Source: Prevotella sp.
Lineage (GTDB): Bacteria > Bacteroidota > Bacteroidia > Bacteroidales > Dysgonomonadaceae
Direction: 5' to 3'
DNA: 50,459 nt
NCBI GenBank assembly: GCA_031285625.1
Contig: JAITVV010000051.1
Coordinates: 1 to 50,459 of the forward strand
Translations under genes and position numbers: made by a program
Notes under the pieces: generated by a model
The model's database searches: none
Seen by the model: the letters and a program-made list of their open reading frames with translations, nothing else
What the model was told of the DNA's origin: nothing
Shown: positions 50,435 through 50,459 of the stretch, piece by piece
Numbering within the stretch: the first letter of the stretch is position 1
Layout of the letters: every line of letters begins with the position of its first letter

Positions 50435-50459
50435 TTACTTAAAAATTAATTTGGTTAAT

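Noticed and set aside
50435-50459. Possible L13 ribosomal leader upstream of rplM
   Set aside because: Only 25 nt lie inside the window, too little to support a call.

Overview
AT-rich chromosomal window from a member of the Bacteroidales, most likely Dysgonomonas-like (inferred from protein style, gene order and TAnnTTTG -7 promoter boxes). It is mostly housekeeping: the leu operon (leuA-leuC-leuD-cimA-leuB), a ClC channel, fmt, aroB, topA, kdsC, era, aroA, ppc, hslR/pth/rplY, gpmA, yaaA and tsf-rpsB-rpsI-rplM. Single cargo genes interrupt these conserved operons: two acyltransferase-3 genes and a GH127 inside the leu operon, a hydrolase between two ~62-bp palindromic direct repeats, and orphan hypothetical or SMI1/KNR4-like genes. 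The non-coding signals are the most interesting part. They include a leader-peptide attenuator upstream of leuA, a cobalamin riboswitch that controls only a small Cys-rich protein, an unannotated sigma54-promoter/terminator-bounded sRNA candidate, an rplY leader that mimics 5S rRNA loop E, and a structured rpsB leader. A divergent PEPCK-like gene also sits in tandem with an enterobacterial-type PEP carboxylase. I saw no CRISPR array, tRNA, rRNA, transposase or integrase. All calls were made by eye with no database searches.
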